Shown here: positions 22,898 to 28,692 of the stretch, piece by piece | Numbering within the stretch: position 1 is the first letter of the stretch | Layout: the number at the start of each line of letters is the position of its first letter | Source of the DNA: Macrostomum lignano | Lineage: Eukaryota | Direction of reading: 5' to 3' | DNA: 28,692 nt | Assembly (NCBI GenBank): GCA_002269645.1 | Contig: NIVC01002643.1 | Span: forward strand, 1-28,692 | Made by a program: the position numbers and the translations under genes | Notes under the pieces: generated by a model | Database searches by the model: none | The model's input: only the letters and a program-made list of their open reading frames with translations | Told to the model about the DNA's origin: nothing

Positions 22898-23178
22898 AAT
22901 GAATATTTCAGCGCATCGTCCAGCTCCATGAGGGCGGCCTGATTGCCGCACCTGTAGCAATAATTAGGCGCCGAGAATATTGTTACAACATTCTTCTCGT
23001 GACACCAATTGTAGCCCTCCATTACTAGCTGGTGAGCCCGAGAGATCAGCGTTAGACCGTTCGAATGATTGAACGTCTCGGAGATGTCCTGGCCAAATGT
23101 GTAGCCGGCGCCACGCGGCGAGATGCCCCAGCCGCAGCGATCGTCCGGATCGGACCATAGCAGGTCGCACATTGGGCC
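22898..23178 (-). CDS. PPP2CA: PP2A catalytic subunit, exon 3
   Basis: [25 protein letters not shown]...[11 protein letters not shown]...KYS(F). Acceptor tttcag, donor gtaagt; 281 nt = 93 codons + 2. Confidence 0.98.
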
Positions 23179-23310
23179 CTGAAATGATAAGGGTGGAGTC
23201 AATAGTCCGCCACTTTACCGGTATTGATCAAATGTTAAAAATCAAAACCGGTGTATTACTATAGATAAAGTCCACAACATTTGAGGCTGAAAATGCAGTA
23301 AAAATGAGCA

Positions 23311-23740
<430 letters not shown>

Positions 23741-23791
23741 ATCTATCCATCCCTCCATAATCATCATGCTAAGCAACATTCACGCACTCAC

Positions 23792-24264
23792 CTCGTGCGG
23801 CACCTCCTGGATACGGTCCAGAGCCCGCACATGATCCAGGGTGTCAATAGACGGACTCAAGCCGCCGTGCAGACAGAAGATGGAGTCCTCAACCAGAGCA
23901 GTCAGCGGCAGGTAGTCGAACAGATCGGTGAAATATTTCCACACGTTGGCGTTGCCGTATTTGCGCAGGCATTCGTCATAGAAGCCGTACACCTGGGTGA
24001 TCTGCCGGGACTCGTGGTTGCCACGCAGGATGGTGATTCGGTCGCGATAGCGAACCTTCAGCGCCACTAGCAGGGTGACTGTCTCAACAGAGTAATAGCC
24101 CCGGTCAACGTAGTCGCCCATGAACAAATAGTTGGTGTCGGGCGAGCGGCCGCCAATGCGGAACAGCTCCATCATGTCGTGGAACTGGCCATGCACATCG
24201 CCGCAGACAGTTACAGGACAGCTGACTGGCTGCACGTTGGACTCCTTGGACAGGATCTCCTTCG
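23792..24264 (-). CDS. PPP2CA: PP2A catalytic subunit, exon 2 (acceptor phase anomaly, see findings)
   Basis: [27 protein letters not shown]...GDYVDRG...RGNHE...QEVPHE; the PPP metal-binding motifs are intact. Donor gtgagt at 23791. Confidence 0.96.
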
Positions 24265-24826
24265 CTGTTATGGGCAGACAGGGTGTTTTCATAGAGCCAG
24301 ATAGAGAGAGGCAGGGGTTGTGTGCACTCTGGCGCACTTTAGGCGGCATTGTCACACAACTGGCGAGAGGCATTACTGCTCATTTCGCAGACTCCCCAGA
24401 GCAGGCACACAAATGTGCGGGTACGTACACAGAGACACACTCAAACAGGAGTGTACAGTGGCCCTAACTTTATTTATCATTAGGCATACTTAAAGAAAAA
24501 TTTTGGTAAAATTTAACCTTGGCTATAATAGCGATCATATTTAAGAATTTATATTAGCATTTTACTTGGTCAGTACAAACCATGAACAAACTAAATGTCA
24601 TATTAAAAAAAACTATATTGAACCAGCTAGATAAAATTCTGATTATGCATATAGATATTTGGGCATATGGGGATTTTTATGGGGATTGATTTTATCTACT
24701 TATTATTCAATAAGCATAAGGACCTAATTGTATTTTCAATATATAACTCATAAATACTTAAGCCAAAAATACCTTCAAAATGTACACAAAAGGTCCTAGA
24801 TGCATTCAACACATAATTGCAAAACA

Positions 24827-25007
24827 TAACTCTTAATTTTGTTAAGTTATAACTGAAAGTGAACCAGTATTAATCCCTTAAAGTTAACATGGAAAATATT
24901 GAATCTTGTACTTTTTTTCCAAAACAGACTTCATAATGCATTGTCTTTACTTTTCCATCTTTTTAGCTAAACACAGGGGTCATCTAAGCAATTTACGAGC
25001 TAAAAAG
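24827..25007. repeat. AT-rich dispersed repeat, copy A (direct repeat of 28448-28663)
   Basis: Shared blocks TAACTCTTAATTTTGTTAAGTTA, TTAAAGTTAAC, CAAAACAGACTT, GGTCATCTAA and AGCTAAAAA in the same order. Confidence 0.85.
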
Positions 25008-25010
25008 TAA

Positions 25011-25233
25011 TAATTGTTTAGCAATTTTATGATCATTATTCACATTTTAATGCAGAACAATCCATTACTACGAATACAAACAATGCATTGTCTGTAGGAT
25101 TGTCAAACAGAAAAACAATGCAAAGAATCAGCAGTTGCAGCACGTGACAATGATTTGTCTATGGCTCGCGCCTACTGGTGCTCGCCAGTCAATTGTTGTC
25201 ACACACTGGGACCACTGATTATCTATCCATTAA
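25011..25233. repeat. Multi-hairpin dispersed repeat, copy 2 (partial)
   Basis: TTGTTTAGCAATTT...GTCAAACAGAAAAACAATGCAAAGAATCAGC...TATCCATTAA, homologous to 19380-19547. Confidence 0.88.
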
Positions 25234-25862
25234 TAATTTTAAAACTTGTATTTAAAATACTACTAAAAGTTAGCATATTGTAAAAGTAGCTTATTTATTT
25301 GAAACTTGAAAGCAAATTAGTTAATAATAAAATACAAAAAATAGAAAGTTACAAAAGATTGTGAAAAATGAATCAAAGTGATTGATACTCATACATAAGC
25401 AATAAAGTTGACTATTTTAATTCCTTTTTCAAGTTCATTAATAAGTTGTTTTATTTGCATGATCATTGTCATAAATAAAGAGACAAACAAATTTTTGTGT
25501 ATCAATTTTCTACTTTGGCAATAGTATTGCCAAAAAAGTAGAAAAATTAACCAAATTATCTGTCAAAAGGGTTTATTATGCAATGAAAAAAGGTCATTTA
25601 TTGTCACAACAATAGTGGAGTTTTAAGAATGGGTGTGTACTCAAATTTTTTGGCATGCATTTGTAATTATCAATTTTTGTTTAGGTGTGCAACTAGCATG
25701 ATCCAGACTATGGCAGTCACATGGCTAGGCCTAGCTGCCAAGGATAGATGCCACAATGATATTGATTAGCCAATAGGTAATACATAGCCCATAGTGCGGA
25801 AGGACAGGTATACAATGGAAATATCTGTCATATACAAGGATCACCTGTCATACATATTCATA

Positions 25863-26030
25863 CATGCGCAACCTTGGGAATCACTCGGCCGTTTCTATTG
25901 GCAACACACACATGTAAGTCGCTATTGGCTGAGAGAAGTCACGTGACTACTATTCCGTCCAATAGCGACTTACATGTGTGTGTTGCCAATAGAAACGGCC
26001 GGGTGAATCCCTAGGTTGCGCCCAAGCATG
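25863..26030. mobile_element. 168-bp hairpin MITE, apparently TA-flanked
   Basis: 63-bp arms at 25866-25928 and 25959-26021 with 3 mismatches and a 30-nt spacer; TA at 25861-25862 and 26031-26032. Confidence 0.7.
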
Positions 26031-27112
26031 TACATATTGTATATCACTCTTTTTGGGGGTGCTGTATCATACACTATCATATAGTCATACATGAGTCATA
26101 GGTTGTGAAATATTGTTTTTGTTAACTGTAGTTTGTAAGTTATTTCCATATTTAAAACTCATTCACCATAACACTGTTGCTTAATGAAAAAAATCAAAAA
26201 CAAAATTCATGCATAAGAAAACTTTTATATTTATATTTGTTTTGCTTTTCTAACTGATGTGCATTGTGTGCAGTCAATAAATAATAACATAATTGTTGTT
26301 TTACTTTGCACTTTTTAGAAAATTAGAATATATTTTTATTTATGATCACATTTATTCCTTATTGTACCCTATCATATACCAGTAATACCATTTTTCAATA
26401 CCTGTTGTATTGTCGTATAAGCCAAAATTTAAATTTATGCTTGGTCATACATGGACATCCTTCTACACTATGGTACATAGCCAGCCAGCAGAATGGACCA
26501 TTACTTTGTTGTTGGTTATTAGCTCACACATTGTTAGGTTGAAGTTACATAGGTCTGCTGCAAGTTGAACATCAAAAATTGGAATTATATTAGTAGGTGC
26601 TATAGGGTATCTAGCCATGATTGCATAAGAGTTATTGCTCAAGATTGATAAAAAGCAAGCAAGGCAAGAAATCTCTCAGAATGCCTATCCCTCTTGCCCC
26701 AGTCCCTTTTAAAAAACAGGGAGCCATTGTTAGGTTTTGACCATAGAATAGCCTTTAGGCCTATTCTATATCAAACTTGTAGATATAGACATAAAATTGA
26801 TACATTGCCATATTTTACACTTGTGCAAGTTCAAATACTTATTTGCAGTAACTAAGCCTAAGGAATTTATTTTTTTGAAAAAAATGTAACATGCAAAAAT
26901 AGAGGATTGCCAATTCTTACATAGAAAATAGCAAAATGGATCAAATTCTTTTATCATTTACAAAAAAAGGAAATTGCAATTCACAGAAAATGTTGACAAT
27001 TTAGGACAAAAATATTCCAAAAATCATGCATAAAAATGATTGCCATTTATTCTCTGCATCTCTGGTAAATTTGTGGTAATCAAGATATCATAATTGGTTT
27101 ATTCCTCCTTAC

Positions 27113-27223
27113 CTTTTCACAAAGAACTTTAACTTGATTCTCTGACAATTGTTTGCAGTCATTTAGCTGCTCAATCCACTGATCTAGCTCTTTGTTTTCA
27201 TGCTTCAATGCTTCGTTCATCAT
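27113..27223 (-). CDS. PPP2CA: PP2A catalytic subunit, exon 1
   Basis: [37 protein letters not shown], then donor gtaagg at 27112 in phase 0, the same position as the vertebrate first intron (after LCEK). Confidence 0.95.
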
Positions 27224-27899
27224 TGTGGTTGAAGTTTATTATAGAATATCAATACCAATATGTTAATAAGACTTATCTAGTACTATTTTAAAAAACAAAA
27301 AGTTTATGCAGTGTACTACTAGGTCTTCCAAAACTGCAAGCAGCCAAAAGGTGAGCCTAAAGTCTCTAAAAGGCGTTTACTGTTTTCTAAAATTCTGCCT
27401 TAATAAATATTTTTTATCAACTAAGACAGACAGACGAAGACAGTAGAGAACGTACTATAAGTAAAACTCTGTAGTTAGCAATGTTTTTGAAAGTTTTTAT
27501 CAGTAGTTCCTAGAAAAAATAAAACAAGACATAATTATTAATAATGAAAACAACAGTTAATTTTTTTTGAAAATAAATATTTAAATTTTAAATTTTAACA
27601 TTTTTGATAAATAACTTTGTAAAAATTTTGTTTAACTTTAAAAATTAAAACAAAAGCTGTTCTTAACAGCTCCTAAATAGATTTGTTTACAAAGTCAACC
27701 CTCTTTGCTTTCAAAATATTTTTCAGAACTTTTGAACAATTAAAATATTTCAGTTACTTTTTTACTGCTAGTCTTATAAACATTTTAAATTACATTGTGC
27801 TTTTGTCTCGCGCGATCTTTTTTACCATTATCGTATTATTGCATTTTCAATCAGCAATACATTTACTTTCGAATCTTTGTCAACGATCGGAATAAAGCA
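27224..27899. promoter_or_regulatory. Putative bidirectional promoter / 5'UTR region between PP2Ac and RACK1
   Basis: Divergent start codons 676 bp apart; long poly(dA:dT) tracts; pyrimidine TCT/TOP-like motif CCCTCTTTGCTTTC at 27699-27712 on the RACK1 strand. TSSs unknown. Confidence 0.55.
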
Positions 27900-28007
27900 A
27901 TGGCAGAGCACATGCAATACAAGGCCAGCTCATTGGTCACAATGGCTGGGTAACCCAGATCGCTACTAATCCACAATTTCCAAATATGATTCTTTCTGCC
28001 AGTCGGG
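27900..28007 (+). CDS. RACK1: RACK1 (WD40 scaffold, 40S-associated) exon 1, with a 1-nt frameshift as sequenced
   Basis: MAEHMQYK, then in the shifted frame [27 protein letters not shown](D), matching RACK1 [37 protein letters not shown]. Phase-1 donor G|gtaagg at 28008. The exon is 108 nt where 109 is needed. Confidence 0.93.
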
Positions 28008-28447
28008 GTAAGGATTTTTTCTTTTTGTATAAGTGGATTCTTAGTCAATGGTTTGACTTTAAGATTAACTTTTAATCAGTGATCTGCCTATATTATTACC
28101 TGTCAAATTACTAGTATAAAGACATGTTTACCTTTTGACTAATATTATAGAACTTTTTCAAAGAACAAAAGTTTAGGATCCAGGACAATTTGTTTGCTGG
28201 ACTATTTAAATGACTAGGCTTAGTGGCAGTGAATATTTATCTGCTGGTGCTAAATAATGAATAATAATTTATAAATAAAAAATGTCATTGTAATGATTAA
28301 GTCTTAAGTCTTAATTATTAGGGATTGACCAACTTGATTTTTGTATGCATGATTGGAACTAGACCATAGTGTTGAACACTGTTAATGAAAATATAACTTC
28401 CATTAATGGCAAAAGTGTTGGCATTAAAACAAAAAATCTTAATTTAG

Positions 28448-28663
28448 TAACTCTTAATTTTGTTAAGTTAAATAAAGGTTAACTAATAATTGGTTAATAA
28501 GCATTAATCTATTAAAGACTTTAAAGTTAACTTGATTTAAAGATCCAAAAATTTTAAGATTTCTTGCACTTTTTTTCAAAACAGACTTTCTAATGCACTG
28601 TCTGCTTTTCCACCTTTTTAGTGAAACACTGAGGTCATCTAAAAGATTTATAAGCTAAAAAAG
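28448..28663. repeat. AT-rich dispersed repeat, copy B, in RACK1 intron 1
   Basis: Homologous to 24827-25007. Confidence 0.85.
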
Positions 28664-28692
28664 GTGTCCTAATAAATAATAATTTTAAAAAC

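Noticed and set aside
23795-24467. Plus-strand ORFs overlapping PP2Ac exon 2, and the N-terminal 36 aa of the 197-aa ORF
   Set aside because: Antisense shadows of a GC-rich exon, and read-through into the intron. The true N-terminus is at 27113-27223.
28008-28692. Intronic C/D snoRNA, expected because RACK1 orthologs host snoRNAs in yeast and vertebrates
   Set aside because: No RTGATGA C box paired with a CTGA D box at a suitable distance in the visible part of intron 1; later introns lie outside the window.

Overview
Eukaryotic (animal, probably invertebrate) genomic DNA with spliced genes and large introns packed with tandem repeats. The repeat-stuffed introns and GC-rich codons resemble a Macrostomum-type flatworm, but that is only an impression. 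Four genes were recovered by reading exons by hand. (1) The 5' part of a TASK-subfamily two-pore K+ channel (minus strand; exons 8607-8725, 5106-5272, 65-162; continues off the left edge). (2) A Tctex-1-domain dynein light chain-like gene with a long acidic N-terminal extension (minus; 17425-17619 and 15793-16524). (3) A complete PP2A catalytic subunit gene (minus; 27113-27223, 23792-24264, 22898-23178, 21841-21913). (4) Exon 1 of RACK1 (plus; 27900-28007), head-to-head with PP2Ac and 676 bp away. PP2Ac and RACK1 each appear to lack exactly one G in a G-run. Between genes and in introns are about 13 different micro/minisatellite arrays. There is also a 1.73 kb TTAA-flanked foldback element with long TIRs built from 150-bp subunits, several MITE-like elements, and a dispersed multi-hairpin repeat family. 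Most ORFs in the supplied track are artefacts of the tandem repeats. All alignments and counts were done by eye; no database searches were run.
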